Origin: Pecten maximus | Taxonomy: Eukaryota | Length of the DNA: 64,000 bases | Assembly: GCF_902652985.1 (NCBI RefSeq) | Contig: NC_047028.1 | Location: forward strand, 25,544,001 to 25,608,000 | Direction: 5' to 3' | Shown here: positions 37,734-51,629 of the stretch, one piece after another | How the letters are laid out: each line of letters begins with the position of its first letter | Numbering within the stretch: the first letter of the stretch is position 1 | Made by a program: the position numbers and the translations under genes | Notes under the pieces: model-generated | Told to the model about the DNA's origin: nothing | Database searches by the model: none | Seen by the model: only the letters and a program-made list of their open reading frames with translations

Positions 37734-39379
37734 GAGAAAAGGAAATGAAAACAACGACGACGACGACATATTCTTCACTATAAGTTTAAAATGTGAAACA
37801 TGTAAACCTTGAGCAACATAAAGGTTGAACAAGAAATATGCAGCTATATTAACGCTTATCATAACTTATGATGTAATTGTTATGAAAATCTAATGTTATT
37901 CAGGTAACAGAACCTTTGTTTGGAGGTGTAAAAGTGAGACTCTATGTTCCGAGGGATTCGAACACAGAACGTAGAGGGTTTGTGTATATACATGGCGGAG
38001 GATGGTATTTGGGAAGCGTCAGTAGGTATTTTGCCGATCCTTTCATCAATGGCTTTGTTTTGATATTAATTTGTCTTGATGTAATATTTCTATGCAATAA
38101 TTGAAGAAGGGTCTTTTGTAGCAAATATGTATGTTTGAGTTTATTGGACACGTGAACAGGATTTCGCTTACGGATTGCAAGTAGATAGGTGTGTTGAAGT
38201 ACTTACTGTATATTCCTTGTTAATTCCTTGGTCAAAGGGAAGGGACCTTCGCTTCATGTAATCTTTTTCAAGTGTTGATATGTTTCTTTTAGAAGTAATT
38301 GAATAAGATGGTTGATTTTCCACGCATGTGCTCTTTTGTTTAACGTTCCTGCCGTTTTGTGATGTTGATAACAATACTGTAGTTTGTGAATAGTGACTCT
38401 GTTCCATATGTCATTTTTTTGTTCAGGTACAGTTGACGAGAAGACACGGGAGATAGCCCAGACTTTAAAGGCAGTAGTAGTATCCATTGAGTAAGTGTGA
38501 TAGAGCAACTTTATCCAGTTTTCTCAGCTTCACTAAAATCTGTCGTCTTCGATAACATCTCCAACATGCTGAATTTATTAAACAAAACATTCCAAAATAC
38601 TAAAAAAAAACATAGAAACCTATGAAAAATTACATAAAAGAAGTATGTTTTTGAAGAGAATCTTCAGTTCCTTTACCGACCACAATGACAAATCCAAGTA
38701 ATTAAACCGTCTCAAAACGGGGAGAGTCGTGGTAAAGAGACAAATCTATTGGTGTATTTCAAAGTTAACAGATTCTTATAATGTCCTGACTTGTATTCAG
38801 AAGATAGGACTTTGTTCATTCTCGTTCATGATATCATAACGTTACAGATTGATGACAAAATTGTTGTCACCAACAAAGCTACTTATTTCGTATTTTTAAG
38901 ATGTTATCGAATTTTATGTTATTATTTTATAAATTATGAGCTAGAAAAAACCCAGTGAATTCGAACATGTAAACAAATTCATGATTCAGAATAAACAAAA
39001 CAAGAGTAAACTATCGAGTTGTACTGAGACAACTGAAAAAGTGAATTAACAATAAGACAATGTGTTCTGGAAGAGTAAGCGCCGTTCGTTAATTAATTGT
39101 TGCAATTTTGTGACGTCATATTAATAGATATACTATAAGCTGTTTTGTTCTGGTGACAATACATGGCTTAATATCATAATTATATTGTCTTACATATCCG
39201 GAAACACACATCTATAAGGCAATATGATTTTATTGCAATCATACGTTTATGGATATGATGATGATATAATAAGCCATAGGATGCATGTTTACTATGTGTT
39301 TATTGGGTTTATCGCTTCATGAACATACAGGGTCATTTTGAGGCGAGGTCTGCTATTGGTAGTTAGTGAATATCTCGCT

Positions 39380-39637
39380 CAGCAACATGTCATCCAGATA
39401 AAAAAAGGGAAATGTCTTTCCTAAGGACACAACTACGTAAGAAATGAGCATGTCATCCAGAGAAATAAAGGGAAATGTTTTTCCCAAGGACACAGCCACG
39501 TAAGAAATGAGCGTCCGTTTCTTAGCTTCCAGATAAAAACAAACCCCCATGAGTAGAAAGAGTCAAATTACGACCTCGGACCTTCACCTGAGGTTATGTG
39601 ACCTGCGCCCTAACCGAATGAGCTATCGCGGCCGCTT
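39380..39637 (-). mobile_element. tRNA-derived, CORE-like SINE fragment with an internal duplication of about 60 bp
   Basis: Minus strand reads gatagctcattcggttagggcgcaggtc (A-box), then two copies of tgtgtccttRggaaaRacattt (CORE-like). It is not seen in the corresponding intron of paralog B. Confidence 0.55.
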
Positions 39638-41989
39638 CAATGGGATCTACGACATTCGCGAATAACAGATACAGTTGAGATATATGTCCAGTTTTCAGGG
39701 AAACGACTTACCAGATGACCAAATGAATTTGAAAAATCTTATATTGTTTTGTTTTCACCCTCACTGTTCTTCGCCAAATCATTGTTATCGTACCTATTAG
39801 ATTTGCCGACCGATTTCGACTTCGAGATGTAGCTTATCTTGAGATATTCCATGTAATGTTTTTTCATTACATATCATTTAGTTACATCAATAAAATAGAT
39901 TATGTTATTGTGAGAAAATATCGTAGACCGTGCGCATTTAATTTATGTTTGAAATTGAAGTTTAATTTAGATCATGACTGCTATAGGGAACCATCGAAGG
40001 AATCACCATGTAAAATTCATTTGATATGCATGTTTGTTATTGTTTGTATTTTATAGGAACGGAATCAAATATTAAATATTTATGGTATATAAATAAATTC
40101 GCGCGGCACCAAAGTCGGCAAAGCTTAGACCATCATTTTGGCTAATAGGGAATTTTCGTTGATTCAATTACGGGAGGTAAGATATTGTTAGTTTAGACAA
40201 TTATTGTTTTAACCGATCATGTTTCATTAGTTACAGACTTGCCCCGGAACATTCGTATCCAATACCGCTAGAAGACTGTATCAATGCCACCACACATTTT
40301 CTCAGATATGCCAAGGATTATGGAGCAGATCCAACGAGAATAGGGATAGGGGGTATAGTAAACAATAGTCAGATGGACACATTCTAATAAAATGCAAATT
40401 CAGATTAAACGAAAAATTAATCATAAAATAAAACACACAAAATAATTCAAACTTGTAGTACATAAATGTGCTACGTAAGAAACATTTTTGACAACAGTGA
40501 TGTTAATATAAAAAGTGGGATAACTTTTCCAGATGTTAAAGAGAAGCAGCAGTATGATACGCAAATGGAAAAAATGATGTTTGAAAAAAAAGACAAAAAA
40601 TTGATAAAGATAAATAATTCTTAAATACTCTAAAGTTCTCTTTTCATGCTCAACTGTGTTTTGTATTTAGGTGACAGCGCAGGTGGAAACCTTGCTATGG
40701 CAGTAGCATTGAAACTAGCAAAATCAAGGGAAACAACTCTTCCACCTCTACGTACTTTGTCTCTTGTGTACCCTGCACTACAGATGGTGGATTTCAATCT
40801 GTCTTCATACATCACCTACACAGACGGACCGTTCTTAATTACGAAACGTTTAATGATTTCCGCCTGGCTTATTTACGCATTCGGCCATGAAGATCCTTTT
40901 CCTGAGTTTTTCAATAACAGGCACCTGTCAGCAAAGTCGAGAAATAACATCAGACATTATCTTAATGATACATTTCCCCCGGAAAATGACAGTGAGGTAC
41001 AACTCAAAAGAGTGGTTATTTTGACGAAAGTCTAGCTAGAGATATAGAAAGTGTTGTATCTAACCAGTTTATTTCACCATTACTATCACCTGACGAAGAT
41101 TTACGGAAACTACCGAAGATGCTTTTATTTACATGCCAATATGATCCGCTTACAGACGAAGGAAGAATTCTTGTCAAACGTCTTAACAAACTTGGGATTC
41201 CCATTGTTTATAAACATTTCTCTGGCGTTCAGCACGGCTTTTTCTCTTCTAGGTTTGATGTCATGATGAAATGGAAACAGGCCTTAACCAACTATATAGA
41301 GTTTTTGGAAAATGAGCTTTAATGTAAACTGAAAACAAGATATGTTTGTATTAAATGACAATGTCCTTGACGTCATATTCTGGTTCATCGTTCATTGAGT
41401 GATTTTATAAAAAACAAAACAATGTTAATGTACCTAATCATTCATTGATCCTTTATGAAGTGGCGCGATGAAGTAATAATTCGGTGATATTTATCCCGGA
41501 CTCGCCATTTCAATAAGGCATGAATAATACTAGAAAGGTTTACCAAAACAACCTCATTATAAACAATCCGTACTTGATACGAATATTATCTAACAACACT
41601 CATTTAAACAATATTTATGCAATTTCATCAATAATCATTTGGAATAGCAATAAGACGTTCAGTCTGCCTGTTAAAACCATCGTTTTTGTTTCTTTTCATG
41701 TGACATTTTATCCTTCACGCCATGCTTCTCTCGCTTTCCTTTGCCCGATCCATATAACCGACATGTGATGGCTTTTAATATATTGAAGTAATAATTTATT
41801 TTCTTATATGATCACCCTCTTTCTTTATAGCAACATCCCTTCATCTACCAACTGCACTGCCTATATCGTGCAACTGATTATATATGGAAATGGACAACTT
41901 CACATATAGTGTCAGGAAAAGATACATAAGCATACTATGATAGAAAGATAGATAGAAAATTCGTGTTTTTTATCTTTATTTTCAAAACA

Positions 41990-42722
41990 TCCTTGTATAC
42001 AAATAATTCTAATCGTCTAAATCCGTGAACAAAATGTCTTTTTTATAAAACAAATATTATTTTCTTTAACAAGTATGAGTATTGTGACAGCAGGTTTTCG
42101 TAAACGTCTGTGATGTTTTCTGGTCGAGATTTATATTATCGAATAGGCGGTTTTGAGAGCATGTATTGATGAAAACTCATACAGACCCATAGTTTGTACG
42201 TATTAAATACAATTGCTGTTACATTTTTAGCCCTCAGTATGATAACAGTTTTTTAATGAAGCATTTTATATCTAAGTATCAAAATAAAGTTCAATGAAAA
42301 TTACCAAATTGATATGAAATTCAAACTAAGCACTACGATATAATCCCATGATATACCAGAAAATTGTTTGTTTCAATAAACGTCTTTCAGATATTCTTCT
42401 TTTCCAACTTTACATGTACAATATTACCTTTTATCTGCTAATGTTAACCTGTTATTGTAGGTGTATTTTTAGAAATAAAGTGTTCTGTTTAAATGTTTTT
42501 ATTTTGTCATTTGTCAACATTTCCTTCCCAATCAGACAGTACTGACTATTGATATTATGAACATTAGTTCGTGTTATTATATATAAACATCATCAGCGTT
42601 AGAGTCAATCATGGGTATTCTTTGCTAGCCTTGGTAAATATCAATTATTGACACTTCTCACGGTTTTCCATTTTAGCCTTAACAGGAGTGCTGTTCATTA
42701 TTGACATTATTAGTATAACTGT
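41990..42722 (+). repeat. Block X, about 730 bp; inverted counterpart of 49345-50150
   Basis: The reverse complement aligns over its length with 49345-50150, for example tcccaatcagacagtactga and aaacagaacactttattt. Confidence 0.8.
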
Positions 42723-43944
42723 CAGTGTAATTGTCAGCATTAGTGTATATGATTTTCTCCTATTTAAAAACTTTTCTCGTTATTTACATTACGGCCAGTC
42801 ATAATATCGTTCATAGATATAAGTAAAAATTAAAGGTTTTGCCCCATTTTGTAAAATAACAGTCATATTTTGTTTTTTAGCAACACAAACTGACTTCTAT
42901 AGTGAAATTTGCTGGTACTTTAGTGAAGTTGAGACGTAAATGTTTACATTGACTCACCCGTTATAGTTTTTGACCTTAGTGATAATAAGGCAGATATCAG
43001 CGAGTCAACATATGATTTCAATCTTAAATCACGACAGAGAATATCGAGACCACTCTCTTGTGACAGGGACATATCGACTTTGATACAAGGTATCTTTGAA
43101 AAAAGATTGATACTAGACTAGACATCCTGATGATGTTATAGCGTCCATAGCTTGTTAAACATAATATGGCTATCCTAATAGACTGTACTGTATTTGTTAT
43201 ATTTACGTATGAAATCGTCTATTATCATTAAGGTATATGTTGACACTGGTGTATGTAGGATCAAGGTCCACATATACCTTAATGATAACAATTCTGTATT
43301 GCTTCGCTTGTTGTATCATAAACGATGTATGGGAAGCAAACTTCATTTTAAAGGTAGGACATATAAAATGTATGCGGCAGATACTTTTTTTCAAAAATTA
43401 CTACATTAATTGTACTCATATATCAATGATGAGTTATTGTTAAGACTTGATATGAATGTAAAAATTGTTGATTTCACTAATTTTGTAAGATTTAACCTGA
43501 ATATATATTTGAAAATATTTTTGGCAACCTCTTCTCGTATTTGTATACCATGATTATCTAAAAGATTAAAATATTTTTTGATGAATAAACAAAATATTAA
43601 CGTATGTGTGCTTTAAAGGTGTATTAAACTGGACATACATGCGAGTTATCGCCCTTGAAACGATGTATAATGATTAATTTCTCATATATTCACGTTGCAC
43701 AATACTATATGTAAGACATAGATAGAATTTAAACATCAAATGATATCAATAAATCTAAACCATACATGATAAAACAACATTAGCCAAAATGATTGATTCT
43801 GGTGAACAGACACACAAACACTCACGTATACACTCCATAAAAAAAAGTTAATAAATAAAAGAAAGAAATTAAAAAATAAAAAGAGAAAAACGTAATGTTT
43901 AGGAACACCAGCCAATTTTTCTTCTTTCAGGTCAAAGCCTCGAT

Positions 43945-46900
43945 ATGAACATGAAGACGTGTCTTTTAGTTTCTGCTGTCCTGTTAGTGGGCGTGGCTTA
44001 TTATGTATATTACCCTTTCCCACCTGACGCTGACGAACCGTGGAAACAGATGATGTCAATGGTCTTTATACGAACGATCAATCATGTGGTAAATTTCAGG
44101 AGTAAACTTAATTATCTTAAATGTTAAATGTGAATGCGAGTAACATCATGGTATATGGTTTGATGTCATTTGTTTTGAATTTTCAGTATCATCATTGCAA
44201 AATTATTAATGACAAACCGTTCTTGAAATTTGAAGTGATAAGGTAAAGCAGAAGACGTGTTGCAGGTTAATTAATTTTTTAGAATCATCATTTAACACTC
44301 CTGTTCTTAATAGTAAAATTTAGGAAGAAAACGGGAGTCCTCCGCTAAATACCATTGCGACAATTTGTTTCTCTACCTCAAAATCTTTTCTTTTGCCATG
44401 CAGTGTAACTTTGAAGAAAACATTGGCTATTCATCAGAAATACAATGCAGACAATGGTTTTCTAGTTTTCTGACTAAAACTCGAGAGGAGCTGAGTGACG
44501 CAAATCTGGAGGTAAGAACGATAACTGTTGAATAAAATCACACATGAGGAAAATTTGTCTTGATGAGAACCGAAAGATTGATGAAAGACAGAACATGTTC
44601 TGTTTGTTCTTTTAATGTCAACTTAAAGATCATAGTAGTATGCAATACTTTTATCAAGTTAAACTGAAAATCATTTCGATTTCGCGAATACTTTATTTCG
44701 CGAACTTAACGCTGAAGACATATTCGCGAATACATGCTTTCTCGAATGCTGATCTAGAAATGACTTTAAAGCTACTGATAAGCTATTTGCATCAGGAACT
44801 CTGCGAGACTCCTTTGTCAGTAACCGATTGTTTGGTCGTCATGTATACAAAGTTGTTATTTTCGTACAAATAATCGCGAATGATTTGAATTCGTGATTGA
44901 CTGTCCTCGCGTATCAACGCGAAAATAATTCCGCACGAAATATAAATGATTCACAGTAGGGATATGGAAAAGGTTACATAAACGCCGACATGTTCCTTAA
45001 CAATCAAAATCAAAATTTGAAACATGAACACCTTATACACAGAATTTACACACAGCGTTAAAAAATTAAATAAACCCTATCTAGTTTTTCAACCCTTTGT
45101 GTCTGTAAATGAAACAATACACAGCTATATCAACGCTCATTTATAGCTCACGATGTGAGGAGTGTATGGCATCTAATGTTATTTCAGGTAACAGAACCTT
45201 TATTCGGTGGTGTAAAAGTGAGACTCTATATTCCGAAGGATTCGAACACAGAACGTAGAGGGTTTGTGTATATACATGGAGGAGGATGGTATTTGGGAAA
45301 CGTCGGTAGGTATTTTTCTGATTCTTTAAACAATGCCTCGACTTTGTTTTATCAGAAATAATCCCCACTGAAATACATATTATCCTGTTTAAATTGCACG
45401 ATTTTTGATATAACAACTGATACGTAATAATTGAAGAAACATCTTTTGAATCAAATATTTATGTTTGAGTTTATAGAGCATTTAACCAGGATTTTGCTTA
45501 AGGAATGCAGGCAGATAAATGTGGGTGTGTTGAAGTACGTGTATTCTTGTCCCTGATACAAGGAAGAGACGTTCGCATCCTGTACTACATTTTAAGACTT
45601 TTCAAGAGTTTATATATTTTAAAAAGTGATCGCTTACGAGAGATGCTTTCAAATGAACTTACCTCTTTTGTTTTAACGCCACTGATGATTTGTGAAGTCG
45701 ATAATAATGGTAGGATATAAATGTTTGCGAATTATAACTCTGTTCCATATGGCAATTATTTTTTTCAGATACATTTGACGAGCAGACACGGAAGATAGCC
45801 CAGGCTTTAAAGGCAGTAGTAGTATCCATTGAGTAAGTGTGATAGAGTGACTTTATCCAATTGTCTTAGCTACACCTAAAACTATAGAGCTGTCGTCGTT
45901 GGTAACATCCGAACACATTCCGAAATATCAAAAAAAAAAAAGATGTTCACTAATGCCGCTGAAAAAAATACGTAGAAAATGCATGGTTTTCATGAAGAAT
46001 ATCTTCTGTTTCTGTATCGACACATTCCACCTGCGATGTCAAATCAAGATAATGGAATGTCAAACCGACATCCGCTTGTCGAATCCAGGTAATGAAATGT
46101 CAAACCGATACCCGCCATGTTAAATCCAGAAAATAGAACGTCATTACCGACACCCGCCATGTAAAATCAAGGTAGTATAACGTTATAACCGACACTCGCC
46201 ATGTTAAATCCAGGTAATGAAATGTCATGACTAAAGCCCACCATGGTAAATCCAGGTAGTAGCATGTTATAATCGACATCCGCCATGTCAAATCCAGTTA
46301 ATGGAACGTCATAACCAACATCCGCCATGTCAAAACCATGTAATATAACGTCATTATCAACCCGCCATGTCAAATCCAGGTGATGTAACGGTACAGCAAA
46401 CGTTCGCCATGTTAAATCCAGGTAATAGACTGCCATAACATACACCTGCCATATCAAATCCAGATAATGGAAACGTTTCTAAAACAAGAGCAGTGTTGTC
46501 AAAGATACAGAGACAAGTTTATTGAAGTATTTAGAGCAAATATATTCTGACAATGTACTTGTATTCAGACGACGAAATTTTGTCAAATCTTGTTTACCAT
46601 GTTATCACTACCTTACAAATTGACGAGAAAATATTCATAAGTTTGCCATCAACAAAATTACCAATTTCATTTTATGGGAATTATATTAGATTATTTTATA
46701 GATTATGCGCTAGAAAAGAAACAGTGAATGCCAACATGCAAACGAAGTTGTGATTTAGATTTGATAGACAGAGAGTAAATTATAGATTTGCATCGAGGCA
46801 ATTAAGAAGGTATAAGCAGAATAAGACAATGTGCTCTGGAAGGTCAAGCGTCCTCCATTTTCCAATTGTAGTAATAAAACCTCATGTTGATAATTATATT

Positions 46901-48290
46901 ATAGGATTATAGTTCTGGCAATAACATGTTACTAAAATAAGAATATGTGTTGTCTTCCACATCTGAAAAAAACTATTTTGTTGTATTCCTACATCTATGA
47001 GAATGTGTTGATAATGTCATATGATGTGTGTTTATTAGTTTGCGGTGTTTTATCGCCTCATGAACAGACGGAATACATTTGAGGCGGGGTCTACTTGTAA
47101 CAAGTGGTGAATGCCTACCAGACCGACACACATATTCAATTATGGGAGGTGACATATTGTTGGATTAGCCACATAGGTTTGTAACCGATTATGTTTCCAT
47201 AGTTACAGACTTGCCCCGGAACACCCGTATCCAATACCGCTAGAGGACTGTATCCATGCCACGACACATTTTCTGAGATATGCCAAAGATTATGGAGCAG
47301 ACCCAACGAGAATAGGGATAGGAGGTATATTCAGGAAGGAAACCTTCTGATAAAATGAGAATTCAAATGAATACTTAACATAAAATCGATTTAAAAGAAA
47401 ACAGACAAAATCATTTAAACTTGTATTACTATGGTTTGAAACATTTGTGAAATAAGTGATGTTATTTAAAAAAGAGATGTGGTCATTCCAGATTTTAGGG
47501 AGAAGCTATAGTCTGATAAGGAATTGGAATGCATGATTGGAAAAACAATTTTTAGAAATAAATATATAGATTAAAAATGATAAAAATAAATAAAATTAAA
47601 GGTCTCCAATGTTCACTGGTGCATGTTTTGTATTTAGGTGACAGTGCAGGCGGAAACCTTGCTATGGCAGTAGCATTGAAACTAGCAAAATCAAGGGAAA
47701 CAACTCTTCCACCTCTACGTACTTTGTCACTTGTGTACCCTGCACTACAGATGGCGGATTTCAACCTACCTTCATACATCACCTACACAGACGGGCCGTT
47801 CTTACTTACGAAACGTTTAATGATTTCCGCCTGGCTTATTTACGCATTCGGCCACGAGGAACATTTTCCTTTGTTCTTCAATAACAGCCATTTGTCGCCT
47901 AAGTCAAGAAATAACATTAGACATTACCTTAATGATACATTGCTTCCGGAAAATGACAGTCAGAGACAACTTCAGGACAATGCTTATTCTGACGAAGGAT
48001 TAGCTAGAGATATAGAAAGTGTTGTATCTAACCAGTTTATTTCACCGTTACTATCACCTGACGAAGATTTACGGAAATTACCGAAGATGCTTTTATTCAC
48101 ATGCCAATATGACCCGCTTACAGACGAAGGAAGAATTCTTGTCAAACGTCTTAGCAAACTTGGGATTCCCATTGTTTATAAACATTTTACTGGCGTTCAG
48201 CACGGTTTCTTGTCTTCAAAGCTTGTGGTCACGATGAAAGGGAGACAAGCGTTTACTGACTATGTAGAGTTTTTGGAAAAGGAGCTTTAA
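43945..48290 (+). CDS. AADAC/NCEH1-like (GDXG/HSL family) carboxylesterase/lipase, paralog B, intact, 402 aa
   Basis: Exons 43945-44088, 44404-44511, 45188-45305, 45769-45832, 47203-47324, 47638-48290 (1209 nt, all GT-AG). N-terminal TM anchor, HGGGW oxyanion motif, GDSAG nucleophile, YDPL Asp and QHGF His. Confidence 0.92.
44663..44958 (+). mobile_element. MITE family copy in intron 2 of lipase B
   Basis: actgaaaatcatttcgatttcgcgaata ... gaaatataaatgattcacagta; imperfect TIRs; rich in tcgcga. Confidence 0.6.
46025..46470. repeat. 42-bp diverged minisatellite, about 10 copies, in intron 4 of lipase B
   Basis: Unit approximately ccgccatgttaaatccaggtaatgaaatgtcataaccgacac; the ccgccatgt core (or a variant) recurs at 46112, 46154 and 46196. 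Confidence 0.85.
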
Positions 48291-49344
48291 ATGATGTCGT
48301 CATAATTCGAAAACAGTTATTCCTGACTTCGTATTTCAATAATCCATCAATAATACTCTAAAGATCTACCAAACACATGAATATAAGCTCCCCATGCTTA
48401 GATACGAAAGTAACTAACAACAGTTAAGGGATATTATGTGGTATCATCAACATACATCTGGATTAGTAACAAGGCGTTCCGCCTGAGTGTTAATAAAAAC
48501 ATACATTCTATGCAGTTGTGGTAATTTGTTGTTTTTGTTTTCAAATGAAATTACATATATCCTTCAAACCTTGCCTTTACTCGATCCACACAACGGACAT
48601 CTGATGGCGATCAAGATATTGAAAAAAAAATTCATTCATTTTCTTAAGATCTTTTTCTTTCATGATAGCAACAGCCTTTCATCTACCACTTACGATGTCC
48701 ATATCATGCAGCTGACTATATCTTAATGTTGATGGCTAATTTCACGTTAAAACATATGTTCCATAACCAATATCAATGAGAAAAATCGATTGATACATAG
48801 ATAGTACTTACAGATAGAAATGCTGTTTTCCCGGAATTATGATTTCAACCACAATCGCGATTAGCTTTTTGAAAACATTTTATAATTTCTATCTCCTTAT
48901 TTTGTGTTATAATGTTTAACATTGTGGTGTAATGGCAATTTCATCAACACGAACCTAGGTTGCCAATCAGTAAGTATCACCGACCAAATATGTTATCGTG
49001 TATATCAAACATCAGCTGAGAATATAGCTTCCAATTCCATTTATTTGATGTAAGACATAATTCATCTTGTATTGTTGCAACTGATAGAGTCATTAAAATC
49101 TGAATTATATAGAACCCAGAGTGTTTGCACCGACTGACACCACAACTGTATATTGTTATGTTTAACACCTATGTTTGTGGACAAATATAAAATACGAGTG
49201 TTATTTTACGACATGAAACAAACCGTTCAATTTTTACTTATATTCACGATCGATATTGAGACTGGCCGTTATGGAAATGACGAGAAAAGTGTTTTTGAAA
49301 AGTGACAAATCAGACACACTAATGCTTAATATAACAATGATGTA

Positions 49345-50150
49345 CAGTAGTACTAACAATGTCAACAATGAACAGCACTTCTGGTCATGTTAAAAATTGG
49401 AACATCGTGTTAACACTGTCAATATTAAATACTTACCATGGCTAACAAAGAATTCCATGATGAACTCTGACGATGATGATGTTTATACTAAACAACACGA
49501 ACAAATGTTCATTATATCAATAATCAGTACTGTCTGATTGGGAACAATATATTGTACTGGAAATGTTGACAAATGACAAAAATAAAAACATTTAAACAGA
49601 AAACTTTATTTTTGAAAAATACACCTAACAATAACAGATTAACATTAGCAGATAAAACGTAATATTTTACATGTAAAGTTGGAAAAGAAGAATATCTTAA
49701 TGACAATTTATTGAAACAAATAATTGTCTGGTATTTAGTGGATAAAATGGGACTGTTTCATATTGTTTAGTTTGATTTTCATATCACTGTTGTAAATTTT
49801 CATTGAATTATATCCTAATACTTAAATAAATAGTGCTTCATTTAAATAATCATACCATCACACTGAAGAATAATTATGTAACAAACAATTATATTTAATA
49901 CTTACAAAGTATTCCTAGAAGGTAATATATCGTACTGCCGTAAAAGTAACATATATGGGTCTAAATTAAGTTCTCAACAATACATGTCCAGAAAAAAATG
50001 ATGATATTGAAACTTCATCGGAAAACAATGCAGATGTTTACGATAATTTCATTAACCTTCCAACACAATGTTCATACTTATTATAGAAAATCAGAAACAA
50101 AATAACAAAACTGACATTTAATTTGGACAGATAAAATTCTTTGTATACAC
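49345..50150 (-). repeat. Block X', inverted copy of 41990-42722
   Basis: See block X. The spurious ORFs 42348+ and 49524- share NKVFCLNVFI...FPIRQY. Confidence 0.8.
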
Positions 50151-51379
50151 CAGAAAACAAAATAACACCAAGCGCTATCAATCAGTAAAACGGACGGATA
50201 AAAGTTATTCTATTTTTATTAATAGTGTTAGATAAACCAACCCGACTAATACTATGGACATGACAAAATTTATTTCTAACACTGAGGGATAGAAAAAATA
50301 TAAATATTTGTTTATTTACAAGTTAATTAAATCAAGCAAGGCAAATAGGTATAATCTCTATAATTGTTGAATTTTAGTAATAATAGCAGATCATTATTTA
50401 GTATCACAATGCGCTTTTCATAATAACAAGCAATGTTAAAATTGAAGAAAATATTAAGAAATCACACTCAAAAAATACTTTTTCCATGTCTATATAAAAG
50501 GTTGAAAAATTGAGCATAAGCAATGTGTTTTAGTAAAAATATTAGCTACAGCTACTTCGTCCAAGACAATATATTATAGGTTATATCTAATATATAAAGA
50601 TGGAATCTCTTTGAGCAAATATTTCCTTTCTGGTGTTGGATTGGAAACTCTGGTTTTGTTATTGTCAAGACATTAAACAAGATTTAGTAAAATATAATAG
50701 ATTTACCTTGCTAATCCATAAAGAAATATATTCAACATTGGTTTTATTGGCATTAAACTGAATATTGCCATATATGGCCCCAGTCTCATCAATATTCCCG
50801 AAATTAAGGTAATCTTTTAAAAAACTTAAAATTTCCATAGAAAAGGATTACAAAATCAAAACTTTTATATTCTACTTTATTTAGTGAAAGCATCGGTTTT
50901 TGTTAGTTTTCTAATCGCCCTAATTGATACAAATGTTCTACATGTAAAAATAATAATAACTCACTAGGCATGTAAAATGTGATCTTCAGGATGCATGCCA
51001 ACTTTTTTCTGTCGAAATAACAGGCCAGATATGCGATTTCCATTTTCAAAAAGATACTCATTTACTTACTGATAGAAGAAACGCAATCAAAAACCAATAA
51101 TTTATTATAATTTCATATTTGACAAGAGCACTCAGAATAAACATAACGGTGAACAGGAAACAAGAATACATTTACATTATAAAATATACTAACTTGTACA
51201 CAGTACTATACGATTACTGCTATACCATTAGCCTATAGCTACATACAAAATTCCTCCTGCTTAAAAAAAGACATGAGTGGCTTAGACAACAAAACTAAAA
51301 TCGAATTGATAAAAGTAAAAACCAAACCAGTACATTTAACTATCTAAAGGGACTTTCATTTTCGCGGTATGTTTGTATA

Positions 51380-51629
51380 TACTGTTGATCACTAATTTTT
51401 CGCGTGGGATTAATATGCGAGGAGAGTCAGTTGCGAATTTAAATCCCCCGTGGTTATTTGTACGAAAATAACACCTTTGGATGGCAACCAAGCTATCTAT
51501 CTAATAATTCATTATTCGGGAATTTAAAGTCATTCAGGTCTGCATTCGTGAAATTGTACATTCGCGAATATGTCTGGAAATATAATTTCGCGAGATAAAG
51601 TATTCGCGAATGCAAAGTGATTTAGAGTA
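51380..51629 (-). mobile_element. MITE family copy, third copy, opposite orientation
   Basis: tactgttgatcactaatttttcgcg ... ttcgcgaatgcaaagtgatttagagta; the reverse complement resembles 44663-44958. Confidence 0.55.

Larger units (their letters stand above)
36763..41322 (+). pseudogene. AADAC/NCEH1-like (GDXG/HSL family) lipase, paralog A, with a 1-nt frameshift in the last exon (pseudogene, null allele or sequencing error)
   Basis: Exons 36763-36906, 37206-37313, 37904-38021, 38427-38490, 40231-40352, 40671-41322. Motifs: N-terminal TM anchor, HGGGW, DYRLAPEH, GDSAGGN. The last exon is 652 nt versus 653 in paralog B. The deletion at about 41006-41010 gives a stop at 41033-41035, before the catalytic YDPL and HGF, which remain intact in the shifted frame. 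Confidence 0.85.

Noticed and set aside
42348-42545. Paralogous small proteins encoded by 42348+ and 49524-
   Set aside because: The shared peptide reflects the inverted DNA duplication. The frames diverge between copies and the composition is typical of AT-rich non-coding DNA.
46100-46457. Repetitive protein ORFs (YLDLTWR repeats)
   Set aside because: These are translations of the 42-bp intronic minisatellite on the antisense strand.
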